From positions 1-40,667 of the forward strand of contig NW_025214241.1 of NCBI RefSeq assembly GCF_004010195.1: a stretch of 40,667 nt of DNA, given 5' to 3'. The position numbers and the translations under genes are program-made. The stretch comes from Chiloscyllium plagiosum (Eukaryota). A model generated the notes under the pieces. The model was not told where the DNA came from and made no database searches. It saw only the letters and a list, made by a program, of their open reading frames with translations. Below are positions 23,593 to 36,700 of the stretch, piece after piece (position 1 is the first letter of the stretch; each line of letters opens with the position of its first letter).

Positions 23593-26088
23593 TTTTTATA
23601 CACACTCCCAAGGGATTGTGTACATTAAACCAATGATTACAACTTACTGACAACAGAATGTGATTAACTTCAATGTAATCAATCTCTCAATTTGTCAATA
23701 TTTTTGTCTTGGAACTGTTCAGTATCATACGTAAAAAGTGAGGAGGGGAGAGAAACCAAACCCATCTCAAGGGAATAAAAATCATGCTCTTGTTGGACAA
23801 CGTGTGTTGAATGTCATCTGAAAATGCAGCCGGGGAGTTGATTCTCAAGGGTCATTGAGGACTTCATCTTGATGCAATAACAGTTATGTTTTACATTACA
23901 GTCAACAGTTAACATCATAATATATAAGGGAGTTGTGATTTTTGGGTGCAATGTGCCAACAAAGTGTTCAGAACACGTGCTGAGTGTGGGATATCTGAAA
24001 TGACAATGAGTGTTTGGAAATTTAGTAGTAATGGGGAAAATGTGTGAAGCGTTTGGTAAACCATCCACTTCCCACTCCCACAACTCAGACATGCCAGTGT
24101 GGGGCAGGATGTACATGCTTTGCCCAAATGACCCCCAAACACTAGCACAAGGGGGATTTTTGACACTCCCTCTGAATTTATGGGCTGTTGTGTTTGTTGC
24201 AAACTAATCATCTTCCTTCACAGAGAGTTACCTACAATAAGCTGCCATTCAGGAAAAGGTCCTAAAGTGTTGCACTAGAGAGTTATCAATCAGAAACTGA
24301 CACTTAGCCAATGGAGCAGATATCAGGGAGAAGGAATAGTTCTTAAGGAGCACCTTACAGGACTGAGAGTTGGACATGTAATCATGATTCAGGGATGGAT
24401 TTCTATAAGTCATGGCCTCGTTGCCTGAAGGAACAACTACCAGTGCTGGAGTGAAAGGCGTGGGAGATATAGAAAGGGTCAGATTTGCAGGAATGTAGAG
24501 TTCACTGACACATGTGCAGCTGATAAGTGTGACAGACATAAGGAGATGGGAGACTAAGGAAAGGCATAAACACAAGGATAAGCATTTTAAAATTGAGACA
24601 TTCCAAGGCTGTTTCTAAAAGAGGTGAGAGGTCCTCATTGCTTCAATCTGCTCAATGTCACAAATCAGGGACTGGGCTGAAGGTGCTTTCAGTGAATAAG
24701 CCATTTTTCAGTCGTATCTTTTGTGAAGCATCTGCATTTATCTCACTGCATTTCACAGAGTTTCCATTTTATTAACATTGTGACAGTTACATGTTGTCTA
24801 AACCCACAACTCAATCGCAGTCCTCATTGTGAATCTATTGTGTTTATACACACTGCCTATGGATTGTGTACATTAAACCAATGATTACAACTTACTGACA
24901 ACAGAATGTGATTAACTTCAATGTAATCAATCTCTCAATTTGTCAATATTTTTGTCTTGGAACTGTTCAGTATCATACGTAAAAAGTGAGGAGGGGAGAG
25001 AAACCAAAGCCATCTCAAGGGAATAAAAATCATGTTCTTGGTGGACACCGTGTGTTGAATATTATCTGAAAATGCAGCCGGGGAGTTGATTCTCAAAGCT
25101 CATTGAGGACTTCATCTTGATGCAATAACAGTTATGTTTTACATTGCAGTCAACAATTAACATCATAATATATAAGGGAGTTGTGATTTTTGGGTGCAAT
25201 GTGCCTACAAAGTGTTCAGAACACGTGCTGAGTGTGGGATATCTGAAATGACAATGAGTGTTTGGAAATTTAGTAGTAATGGGGAAAATGTGTGAAGCGT
25301 TTGGTAAACCATCCACTTCCTACTCCCACAACTCAGACATGCCAGTGTGGGGCAGGATGTACATGCTTTGCCCAAATGACCCCCAAACACTAGCACAAGG
25401 GGGATTTTTGACACTCCCTCTGAATTTATGGGCTGTTGTGTTTGTTGCAAACTAATCATCTTCCTTCACAGAGTGTTACCTACCATAAGCTGCAATTCAG
25501 GAAAAGGTCCTAAAGTGTTGCACTGGAGAGTTATCAATCAGAAACTGACACTTAGCCAATGGAGCAGATATCAGGGAGAAGGAATAGTTTTTAAGGATCA
25601 CCTTACAGGACTGAGAGTTGGACATGTACTCATGATTCAGGGATGGATTTCTAGAAGTCAGGGCCTCAGTGCCTGAAGGAACAACTACCAGTGCTGGAGT
25701 GAAAGGCGTGGGAGATGTAGAAAGGGTCAGATTTGCAGGAATGTAGAGTTCACTGACACATGTGCAGCTGATAAGTGTGACAGACATAAGGAGATGGGAG
25801 ACTAAGGAAAGGCATAAACACAAGGATAAGCATTTTAAAATTGAGACATTCCAAGGCTGTTTCTAAAAGAGATGAGAAGTCCTCATTGCTTCAATCTGCT
25901 CAATGTCACAAATCAGGGACTGGGCTGAAGGTGCTTTCAGTGAATAAGCCATTTTTCAGTTGTATCTTTTGTGAAGCATCTGCATTTATCACACTGCATT
26001 TCACAGAGTTTCCATTTTATTAACATTGTGACAGTTACATGTTGTCCAAACCCACAACTCAATCGCAGTCCTCATTGTGAATCTATTG
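23593..26088. repeat. 1248-bp tandem duplication of intronic sequence
   Basis: ~23593-24840 and 24841-26088 nearly identical; paired ORFs offset by exactly 1248 (24010/25258, 24249/25497, 24593/25841). Confidence 0.95.
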
Positions 26089-26480
26089 GTCATAATCACA
26101 GCAAATGCATTCAAAGAGGATGTAGCAGGACCTTGATGCTCTGATTATGTTTTCGCAGTCAGAGTGCAAGCCAAGGTCTATGTGACAACGTTTAAACAAT
26201 CTTGAGATTATCTAATGTTCAATTCAATGTGAGATTAACTGGTGTGTGATTTCATCCAGTATCAGCTGATGATTTTGCACATTATAAAATACTGAAGACA
26301 AAATTCTCCTCTGTGCTGATCTGTCACCATTTCTCATCAACAGCAAAATCTCTCTTAACATTCTGAATCCTCCTGACACCTCCTGTCCTGTCAGTCTCCT
26401 ACCACATTTGCTGTCCTGGCATGTCACTCCCGACACAAAACAATTTCAATTCTTCTGAACTTTTCCTTTCCCATTCCTAG

Positions 26481-26783
26481 AAATATCAGTTTTTATTCGC
26501 AATCCTTCTAAGGAAGAGGTTTGGATCAACCGGACTGCTACTGTGTTGTGTACGGCAGTCTGTTCTGATCCCAGCCAGATCCGGATCACCTGGAATGTGA
26601 ATGGGAAGCAGAGAAGTGAAGGGGTTACAACGCAGCAACAGAAAGAGGAAGGCACCAAATACATGGTCATCAGCCAACTCCGAACTACAGCAGAGGAGTG
26701 GGAGAATGGGATGGAGGTTGTGTGCTCTGCTCAAAGTGGTTCCTCCTCTTCTCCCGTGTCAAAACGAACAAGGAGCATAAAAG
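26481..26783 (+). CDS. IgW: IgW constant exon CH3b
   Basis: Acceptor tcctag|; ISVFIRNPSKEEVWINRTATVLCTAVC...VCSAQ; donor G|gtaggc; 303 nt, open. Confidence 0.92.
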
Positions 26784-26874
26784 GTAGGCAAGTGAATGAA
26801 AAATTATATAACTGACATTGCTAACCTCAAAGGAAAATGTTTAACACCATCTTTGTTTTGTTCGTTGGTTCCAG

Positions 26875-27017
26875 TTCAGCCAAAAAGTCCACATTCAGTG
26901 TCAGGCACTACCTGAGTGTGAGCACAGAGGAGTGGTGGAAAGGCTCAGTCTTCACTTGTGCAGTGAGTCATCCACCCTCCAACTTTAACAGCAGGAAGGA
27001 GGTGAAGAATGTCCAAG
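26875..27017 (+). pseudogene. IgW: CH4b with a 175-nt internal deletion (frameshifted pseudo-exon or half-domain)
   Basis: 143 nt versus 318 nt; junction aaaagtcc|acattcagtg removes the equivalent of 20006-20180; canonical acceptor gives a stop at 26913-26915; both splice sites retained. Confidence 0.85.
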
Positions 27018-28210
27018 GTAGGTGCTGGACCTGACTCCAACATTGACACACTTTTCTCTTCATTACTATAACCTGCAATTGGGCCAGTCATGTTTAATGC
27101 TAACAGTAATGATGTTCATTACTGTAGTTATGTGAATGGGAAACTAATCTTAAGATTAGAGCAACTGAAGAAAGAAAAACACAATTGCTCTTTGTGTAAC
27201 TCCTTTCACAATTTCCGATTCCAAAGTACTTTACAATGCAGCCAACAAGGAATTTTTTGAAGTTTAATGACTATTGTGGTGCATGATTCCTGTCAATTAA
27301 TTGCACACACAATGTTCAGGTGAATAGGAAGGGGAGTTTTACTGCTGTAGTATTATCCAGGGCATGAATGGGATTTCCCAGTTGTCATCTTCAAGTTAGT
27401 GGCTGTGGGATCTTCTTGTTTCACTTGACAGGACAGACAGGGCATTGCCACATCCAACAGCACTGCCTCAGTGTTGACACTGATGTGTTGCATTGATTAT
27501 ACACTCGATGACAGAGAGTGGGCTTTGGACACACACAACTTTCTGATCTAGATGAGAGAATCCCACCAAGAAGATAAAGCTGAAATGTTAACTAGTTAGC
27601 CACAAAACTGAGATCAACTCCCTCCAAAGTACTTTGGTAATCTGGCTTTATATAAAGGCTGGAAATAAAAAGTTAACATCAGTGAAAGGGACTGGCAAGT
27701 TTACTTGAACTCTTGCCGACCAAGACCCTTTGTGACTGCAGGAAAGGAAATGGGGCACGGCCTGAAACTGTAGTGCCATATGGGGAGTGTCTAAAGTTCA
27801 ACTCAGCTCCTACCTGTTTCTTTTCTAATGCCTTCCAAATATTGATTTGTGAATAGTGCATTTCAATGAACTGCCCTGATCTGCTTCCACAGCCTCCCGA
27901 GAGAACCAGCTCCACAGGTTGATTTCTCAGTGAAATATTGGTGCCCCATTTTAGTTCAGAATTGACCCCTGACCCACGTAAAGTGCAGGGCAGCTCCTCT
28001 AATCTGACTATTCTGGTCAAGGTGCAAAAGCTTGTCATGGTTTACATGGTGGTGTGCCTTGAATTTCCTAAATAAACAGGGTGTTGCAGTATTCAGGGGC
28101 TGGGTGGAGCTCCCACATTCCCAGCACAGGGATTGGGAGGTGAAAATGTACAAATCTTAAATCTGCAACTCTTCCTGTTCCAGGTGGAAATGCAAATCTT
28201 CCAGTTCCAG

Positions 28211-28356
28211 GTGGAAATGCTGCTTGCTCTTGCCCTCCTTGCTCTTGTTCTGGGTGTATGCCAAGGTTCCTGTTTCAGACTAATTTAAACCTGACACTCC
28301 CTGATGGTGCACAACACCAATATAAATGCCACCAACAAATCTGTGAAATAAAGTGA
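28211..28356 (+). CDS. IgW: Cys-rich secretory tail exon S3, intact
   Basis: Acceptor ttccag|; [48 protein letters not shown]; 7 Cys, NLT sequon, AATAAA at 28347-28352; second in-frame acceptor starting the exon at 28184. Confidence 0.88.
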
Positions 28357-29269
28357 TTGATCATGAATCAAATGGTCCGTTGAATTTTATTGCAAATTGT
28401 TTGGGTTGCAAATCAGTCTGTGGTGACTGTCTTAATTAAAGTATGCAAATACGGAAGAGATACAGACCTATCTGAAATTCTCCCAACCAATCCAATCCTT
28501 ATCTATATAGTCATTTTGGTTTGTAAACTTGACCAGGCCAGTTTGGATTGGATTCAGCCTCACAGCTTGACCATTACCTCTCTGGTCTGATTCTAGTAGC
28601 CAAGACTTACAATGCATCCTCTGACTCAGAAAGACTGCAGAATTGGAAATGGGTGAAAGGGATGGACAGGGATACAACAGCCAGATATCTTCAATTGAAC
28701 CAGTAGGTTCAACCCTTTCAGTGATATGGTGCTGAGAAAGGTTAATGAAGCAGAACACAGAAATGCAAATTCAGCAAGTGTAGGGTGAGATTCCTGTGTA
28801 GTAGAAATGAAAATAATATCGTTTGTCCGTCTCCTGGGACAATATTAGTCAATGACAGGGCACTCCGTGTCCACAAGAAAGATGCTGGTGGAATCCTTTT
28901 TTTAAATAATTTTTAGGAATGGTATATTTAATTAGTTACAATTACCCAATAATATCAGCATTTCTCAATTTCACTCATTGAGGCTTTATCATTGGAGGTA
29001 GCCTGTAATGGGGGGCTGTGAAATGTTCAGACATGGCCATAGTGGAAAGCAGGGATGAGCAACTCATAAACATTAGAATGTTTGAATTCAACACAGTGCA
29101 AAACAAAACTCAGTCTAAAATCATTGAATGCCCATCAAAATATGTTTTAAAAACTTTCAACGATATCCTATGACAGGCCTCAACACAATCAATCTCAATC
29201 CATCAGTAAGTTGAAAGGAAATTAGTTTTTATTCTATGACAGGATGTGACCATTGCTTGTCAAAGCCAG

Positions 29270-29645
29270 CCTTTGTAGCTTAATCCTAATTGTCCTTGGT
29301 AATTGTGAGCAGCCTTCTTGCACATATGACCATCCAGTTGCTTTTTAAATGTTGTAATTATTCCAGTCTCCACCACCTCCTCTGGAAGATCATTCCATAC
29401 AGGCACCACCCTCTCCATGAAAAAGTTACCACTCAGATCCCTTTTGAATTTTTTCCCTCTAGTTGTGTACTCCCCCACCCCAGGGAAAAGACTTAACTAT
29501 TGACTCTATCCATACCCCTCATGATTTTTTCAACCCCCATAAGCCTTTGATGCTCCACTGAAAACAGCCCCAGCTCATTCAGCCGCTCCCTATAGCTCAA
29601 ACCCTCCAACCCTGGCAACATTCTTGTAAATATCTTCTGAACCAA
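29270..29645 (-). mobile_element. CR1-like LINE 3' fragment
   Basis: Minus-strand peptides VQKIFTRMLPGLEGLSYRERL and FFMERVVPVWNDLPEEVVE. Confidence 0.8.
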
Positions 29646-31897
29646 TAAGTGTTCACCATTTGTTTTAATAAAAGGCCAGGGGGAAAAGCAAGAACCTTGT
29701 AAATTCAAAAAGTACTTATTCCTGTCAGGCTGATACTGTGTGCTGAACATCAACTGAAGAAACCCAGTGGATCCCAGTGTTCACTGATGGTTTTGGCCCA
29801 GACCCAAGTATTAATCGGATGTGACAAGGGGAAAACCAGGATTGTGGAATAAAGCAGACAGCACATTTATGGCCTGCACTGTGAATGTGTGCATGAAACA
29901 GGCACAGGACATCCAGTGAGTTTTGTGATATCTGATGATGATCCTTTGGGAAACGGATGTAAAGGATAAAACTTTGGAAGAATTGAATAAAATCACACTT
30001 TTGCTCGTCCAGTATTTGGTGTGAAGTAGAGGGGAATGTATGGGTTGTGGAGAAATGATTCCCAACCATAGCAAGGCATGAGCTTTTCTTGCTTCCTCTG
30101 TTTCACAGTTTGTCAGGACTGAAAATGCCAAGATTATTAATTTCTGTGTCCAAAATCAACAGGAGTTTGGATTTAAATAGTGCCTTGAATACAGTGAAGT
30201 GTATCAATCTGCTTCACTTCAAACATACAGAAGAAAAATGTTAGGTCACGACGCAATGACAGCAGTGTGTTCTGTGTCCAAAGTACACTGCAACATCTCA
30301 ACAAGCCTCCATCCCAGAAATGTCTACCAGCTGGAAGGCCAAAAAAAGCAGAGCGATAGAACAGTGCCCCGTCAATTCCCTCCCAGCCACACACGTCTGA
30401 CCTGCAACTACATTGAAACTTCATAAATGTTGCACAGTCACAATTCAGGGACTCATTTCATAACAGCTAGACTGGAGCTCGACCTACCCCAGATGTACTG
30501 CAGCTTTTGATGAACATGGCTTACCACCACGAAACGATGAAAAAACACTCTCATATACCAGCATGGATGGAGGCGCGGTTAATGGACAGAAAGCAAAGGG
30601 ATAAGAGAAAAACCAGGTGGCTGCAGCTATTCACGATCTGTATCACTGACATAGATGAAGAGGGAGTTGTAGGCCTGCTAAAGATTACCGAGATAGGAGG
30701 ATGGGAGACAACAGAGACACTTGAACAAAGATACACCATGTAAAAATTGAGGCAATCCTAGCTCAGTGCGACTAGAAAAGAGACATTGATTCAGTATGTT
30801 CCACATCACAACATGATGCACAGAATCACAAGAAGCCTGTGAATAAACAAGGAGAAAGTGAGGACTGTAGATGCTGGAGATCAGAGTCAAGAGTGTGGCG
30901 CTAGAAACGCACAGCAGGTCAGGCACCATCTGAGGAGCATCAACGTTTTGGGCACAAGCCCTTCAAACAAGTCTTGATTCAATTGTTCCTTTATCTAATG
31001 AATTTATATCTGTCTCTCTTACTGCACTTCATAAATCACAGATGCCTTTTATTAACATCGTCACATCAAAATGTCACTCACACCCACAGCTCAACTGTAA
31101 TCCCCACTGTGAATGCACTGACCATACTTACAGGGAACAGATTACAATGATTTCTGCCGTGTTCTTTTTGCCTGCACAATGTTTTCTTGAATAAGATGTA
31201 AAATCAAAGAAATGCAAGATAATGTTTCAACTGTCCTGGGAATTTTTAATGTTGTTTTACTCCCATTTAAGAATGATCTCATTACAACATGTACAATGCA
31301 GACAAGCTGGACAGATTGGAGGAATAAACACAGACAATTCTGGAGCAACTCTGTAGTTCAGGCAGCAACCGCAGAGAGAGAAACAGCATTAATGTTTCCA
31401 GTCTGGGATGAACTGTTCTGAAGGAGACCAAAGGGTCATGGTCTCAGGATACAGGATAGGCCATTTTGGACTGAGATCAGAAGAACTTGCTTCAGAGGGA
31501 GGTAGACCTATGGAATTCTCTGCCCCAGAGATTGGAGGGGTCATTGTCACTGAATATGGTTAACAAGGAAATAGATACATTTCTGGGGGCTAAAGGTGAA
31601 AATGGGTATTAGAAGAGAAGGGGTGTGGCATTGAGATAGAGGATCAGCATGATCAGACTGAATGAACCAAATTGCCTGACTCTGCTCAAAGTTTCTATTT
31701 CTCATGTTTCAGCTTCAGTACAGATTCAATCGACATCAGTTGGAGATGTTACAGGTTAAATAGGATTCTCAATTCAAGTTTCTTATGTCCACACGTCATA
31801 TTGATCATTATCAATGGAAAAGTCTTATCTAAATTCTGAAGGTTGCTGACACTAAACAATATCCATTCCTCTGAGACTTTTCCTTTCTCATTCCCAG

Positions 31898-32200
31898 AAA
31901 TGTCTATATTTATCCGAAATCCTTCTATTTTGGAGATTTGGATCAATAAGACTGCTACTGTGGAGTGTGCAGTGGTCTGTTCTGATCCAAGCCAGGTTCA
32001 GATCTCCTGGGAAGTCAGCGGTAAGAAGAGACGTGAAGTGATTAAGACTCAGCGACTCATACAAGAAGGAAGCTTACCCACGGTCATCAGTCAACTCCAA
32101 ACCAGTGCTGAGGAGTGGGAGAGTGGGGTCGATTTTGTGTGCTCTGCCCAAAGTGCTCCCTCCTCCTCCACTGTGTCAAAACGAACAAGGAGCTTAAAAG
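31898..32200 (+). CDS. IgW: IgW constant exon CH3c
   Basis: Acceptor tcccag|; MSIFIRNPSILEIWINKTATVECAVVC...FVCSAQ; donor G|gtaagt; 303 nt. Confidence 0.92.
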
Positions 32201-32284
32201 GTAAGTAAGAGACTAAAAAAAATACATGACCTGGTCAACCTCAAAGGAAAGAGTTCAATACCTTCTTTTGTCTGTTGGTTCCAG

Positions 32285-32414
32285 CTCCACCAAAAAGTCC
32301 CCAAGTCAGACTGCTGCCTCCTTCAGCCCAAGAGATCAAGAATCAGAGCAGAGTTACACTCGAGTGTGTGATCACTGGATTTTACCCGGACAGCATACAG
32401 GTCTCCTGGGAGAA
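32285..32414 (+). CDS. IgW: IgW constant exon CH4c, 5' part (truncated by assembly gap)
   Basis: Acceptor ttccag|; PPKSPQVRLLPPSAQEIKNQSRVTLECVITGFYPDSIQVSWE then Ns. Confidence 0.88.
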
Positions 32415-33159
32415 NNNNNNNNNNNNNNNNNNNNNNNNNNNNNNNNNNNNNNNNNNNNNNNNNNNNNNNNNNNNNNNNNNNNNNNNNNNNNNNNNNNNNN
32501 NNNNNNNNNNNNNNNNNNNNNNNNNNNNNNNNNNNNNNNNNNNNNNNNNNNNNNNNNNNNNNNNNNNNNNNNNNNNNNNNNNNNNNNNNNNNNNNNNNNN
32601 NNNNNNNNNNNNNNNNNNNNNNNNNNNNNNNNNNNNNNNNNNNNNNNNNNNNNNNNNNNNNNNNNNNNNNNNNNNNNNNNNNNNNNNNNNNNNNNNNNNN
32701 NNNNNNNNNNNNNNNNNNNNNNNNNNNNNNNNNNNNNNNNNNNNNNNNNNNNNNNNNNNNNNNNNNNNNNNNNNNNNNNNNNNNNNNNNNNNNNNNNNNN
32801 NNNNNNNNNNNNNNNNNNNNNNNNNNNNNNNNNNNNNNNNNNNNNNNNNNNNNNNNNNNNNNNNNNNNNNNNNNNNNNNNNNNNNNNNNNNNNNNNNNNN
32901 NNNNNNNNNNNNNNNNNNNNNNNNNNNNNNNNNNNNNNNNNNNNNNNNNNNNNNNNNNNNNNNNNNNNNNNNNNNNNNNNNNNNNNNNNNNNNNNNNNNN
33001 NNNNNNNNNNNNNNNNNNNNNNNNNNNNNNNNNNNNNNNNNNNNNNNNNNNNNNNNNNNNNNNNNNNNNNNNNNNNNNNNNNNNNNNNNNNNNNNNNNNN
33101 NNNNNNNNNNNNNNNNNNNNNNNNNNNNNNNNNNNNNNNNNNNNNNNNNNNNNNNNNNN
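32415..33159. other. Assembly gap (745 N)
   Basis: Run of N. Confidence 1.
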
Positions 33160-33789
33160 GTATGAAACTGTAGCAGCACATGATAGTGTCCAAAGTTCAA
33201 GTCAGCTGCTACTTGTTCCTTTCCTACTGCCTCCAAAATTTTGACTTGTGCAAGAAATCTTTCAGCATCTACTTACATTGTTGCCATGATCTGCTTTTGT
33301 AATTTCCCATGAGAACCTGCTCCAGAAGTTGACCACTCATCAAAATATTGGTTCCCCATTTTAGTTCTGAATTGACCCCTGACCCACATCCAGGGCAAGT
33401 CCTCTCGTCTGACTATTCTGCTCAAGGCGTGAAAGCTTGAGTTTGCATTTAAATAGAATGAAGCTTACCAAAATGCTTCATTTCAAAAAGAGAGGATAAA
33501 AATGTTGAACCAAGACACAGTGTCAGCAGTGTGCTCTGTATACAAAAGGCATTGGTGAATGGACAGGAAGCAAGGTGCAGGGATAAGAGAAATACCAGTT
33601 GGCTGCAGCTATTTACAATCTACATCACTGACTTGGATAAAGAGAGAGTTTTAGGTCTGGCAAAGGTTACAGAGATAGAAGGAGGTGAGACTACACAGAC
33701 ATTTGAACAAGGATACCACATTTAAAATTGAAGTAATCCCAGTACCTGGAAAAGAGACATTCACATTGATTCAGCATCCAATATTGAGG

Positions 33790-36700
33790 ATGGGAAAAAT
33801 TTCTGGCTGTAACAGGCTGCTCCTTTTTTGAGGTGTTTTAGGTGTTAGAGGTGATTTCCTCGAATTCCAGGAGCAGCAGTGGCTGTTTGATATGCTGTTG
33901 GATTGTTTTGGAACTTTGGAGAGAAGAAAAGTCAAAACAACAGCAGTTTTCAAAGGGAGAAGAACAGACAAAGGCAGCACATGGTCAGGCAGTGCAGGAG
34001 AGGGAGAGAGAGAGAGAGAGAGAAACCCACACCACTCCGTGAGACAGCAGTGAAACTGCGCAGTTACTGCCTTTGCTGTTTGAATTCCTGTATCGCTGGA
34101 CATTAGAGTGCGTCTAGGAAAATTAACAAACAGTGAGATGTACAACTGATCTTGGAGGAACCTGTTTGGAGAGGCCACAGCACAGAAACAGATAAGTAAA
34201 TAGATTTAAGTGTGGCCTTACAGTAAGTCTGCAGTTGTGAGTAAGAGTGGGTTCTTTCTTGATTATATGTTTTATTGAGATATGTCTCTTGATTAAACTT
34301 AAATATAGAAGCCATAAGTATTAAGTTAACCTGGAGCAGTGTTTTGTAGAGGAATAAGACAAAGTTATTTTCTGGGTCTGTAGATAGAAAAAAGCAAAAA
34401 TAGCCTTTAGTAGAGTGATGTGCTTTTCTTGTCGGATGTGGGAGTTTACATGTTACTGAGAATTATATCTGCAATAAATGCCGTTGGTTGCAAATCCTAT
34501 CAGATCGAATGAATCGGTTGGAGAGACAGTTAGAGGCAATGAGGAATTAACAAGAGCAAGAGGGTGTGATGGATAGCCATTATAGGAAGGGAGAAAAGTT
34601 GCAGATACAGTCACATAGATGGGTTAACTCCAGGAAAGGTAAAAGAGATAGGCAGGTAATGCATGGATCTTTTGTGGCTATCCCCATTTCAAATAAGTAT
34701 GCTGTTTTGGAAAATGTAAGGGGTGACGGATTTTCAGGGGAATGTAGCACGAACAGCAAGTTTCTGGTATTGAGACTGGCTCTAATGCAATGAGGGGTAT
34801 GTCAGGTTCCAAGCGATCAATTGTGTTCGGGGATTCTCTAGTCCGAGGCTCAGACAGATGTTTCTGTGGCCAGTAGCAAAACATCAGAATGATGTGTTGC
34901 CTCCCTGGTGCCAGGATCAAGGATGTCTCAGAAGGATGCAGAATGTTCTTAAGGGGGAGAGGGCCCAGTAGGAGGTCATTGTACACATTGGAACCAACGA
35001 CATAGGAAGGGAAATGGATGAAATTCTGAAGAGAGAATATAGAGAGTTAGGCAGGAATGTAAAAAGGAGATCCTCAAGAGTAGTAATATCTGGATTACTT
35101 CTGTGCTATGAGCTAGTGAGGATAGGAATAGGAGGATAGAGCAGATGAATGCTTGGCTGAAGAGCTGGTGCATGGGAGAAGGAGTCACATTTTTGGGACA
35201 TTGGAATCTCTTCTGGGGTAGAAGTGACCTGTACAAGAAGGACGGATTAAACCTGAATTGGAAGGGGGATAATATACTGGCGGGGTGATTTGCTAGAGCT
35301 TCTTGGGCGGAATCAAACTAGTAAGGTGGGTGGTTGGGACCCAGGGAGATAGTGAGGAAACAGATCAATCTGAGATTGGTACAGTTGAGAACAGAAGCGA
35401 GTCAAACAGTAAGGGCAGGCAGGGACAAAGCAGAGAACAAGGTAGGACTGATAAATTAAACTGCATTTATTTCAATGGAAGAGGCCGAATAGGGAAGGCA
35501 GATGAACTCAGGGCATGGTTAGGAACATGGGACTGGGATATCATAACAATTACAGAAACATGGCTCAGGGATGGACAGGACTGACAGCTTGACATTCCAG
35601 GATAAAAACATTATAGGAAGGACCGAAAGGGAGGCAAGAGAGGAGGGGGAGTGGCGTTTTTGATAAGGGAAAGCATTGCAGCTGTACTGCGGGTGGATAT
35701 TCCCATAAATACATCCAGGGAAGTTAATTGGGATGAACTGAGAAATAAGAAAGGGATGATCAGCATATTGGGATTGTATTATGGAACCCCTCATAGTTAG
35801 CGGGAAATTGAGAAACAAATTTGTAAGGAGATCTCAGTTATCTGTAAGAATAATAGGGTGGTTATGGTAGGGGATTTTAACTTTCCAAACAAAGACTGGA
35901 ACTGCCATTGTTTTAAGGGTTGAGATGGAGAAGAATTTATTAAGTGTGTACAAGAAAATCTTCTGATTCAATATGTAGATGTACCGATGAGAGAGGGTGA
36001 AAAACTTGACCTACTCTTAGGAAATAAGGTAGGGCAGGTGACTGAGGTGTCAGTGGGGGAACACTTTGGGGCCAGCGGCCATAATTCTATTAGTTTTAAA
36101 ATCGTGATGGAAAAGGGTAAAGAAGTTGAAGTTCTAAATTGGAGGAAAGCTAATTTTGACGGTATTAGGCAAGAGCTTTCAAAAGCTGATTGGGGCAGAT
36201 GTTCGAAGGTAAAGGGATGCTGGAAAATGGGAAGCCTTCAGAAATGAGATCACAAGAGTCCAGAAACAGTATATTCCTGTTAGGGTCAAAGGAAAGGCTG
36301 GTAGATGTAGGGAATGCTGGATTCAGGGTTTGGTTGAGAAAAAGAAGGAAGCGTATGTCAGGATAGATCGAGTGAATCCTCAGATGAATAGAAAGGCAGT
36401 TGGAGTATACTAAAGAGGGAAATCAGGAGGGCAAAAAGGGGACATGAGATAGCTTTGGCAAATAGGGTAAAGAGAATCCAAAAGGTTTTTACGAATACAT
36501 TAAGGACAAAAGGGTAACGAGGGAGACAATAGGACCTCTCAAAGATCAGCAAGTCAGCCTTTGTGTGGAATCGCAGGAGATGTAGGAGATACTAAATGAG
36601 TATTTTGCATCAGTGTTCACTTTAGAAAAGGACATAGAAGATTTCGAATGTAGGGAAATAGATGGTGACATGTTGAAAAATGTCGATATTACAGAGAAGG

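Noticed and set aside
26885-26900. Microhomology-mediated origin of the CH4b deletion
   Set aside because: CH4a has cagaga near both breakpoints, but the CH4b junction retains no copy of it, so the mechanism is not supported.
32226-33236. ORFs of 270-315 aa
   Set aside because: Artefacts of translating through the N gap; only the CH4c portion is real.
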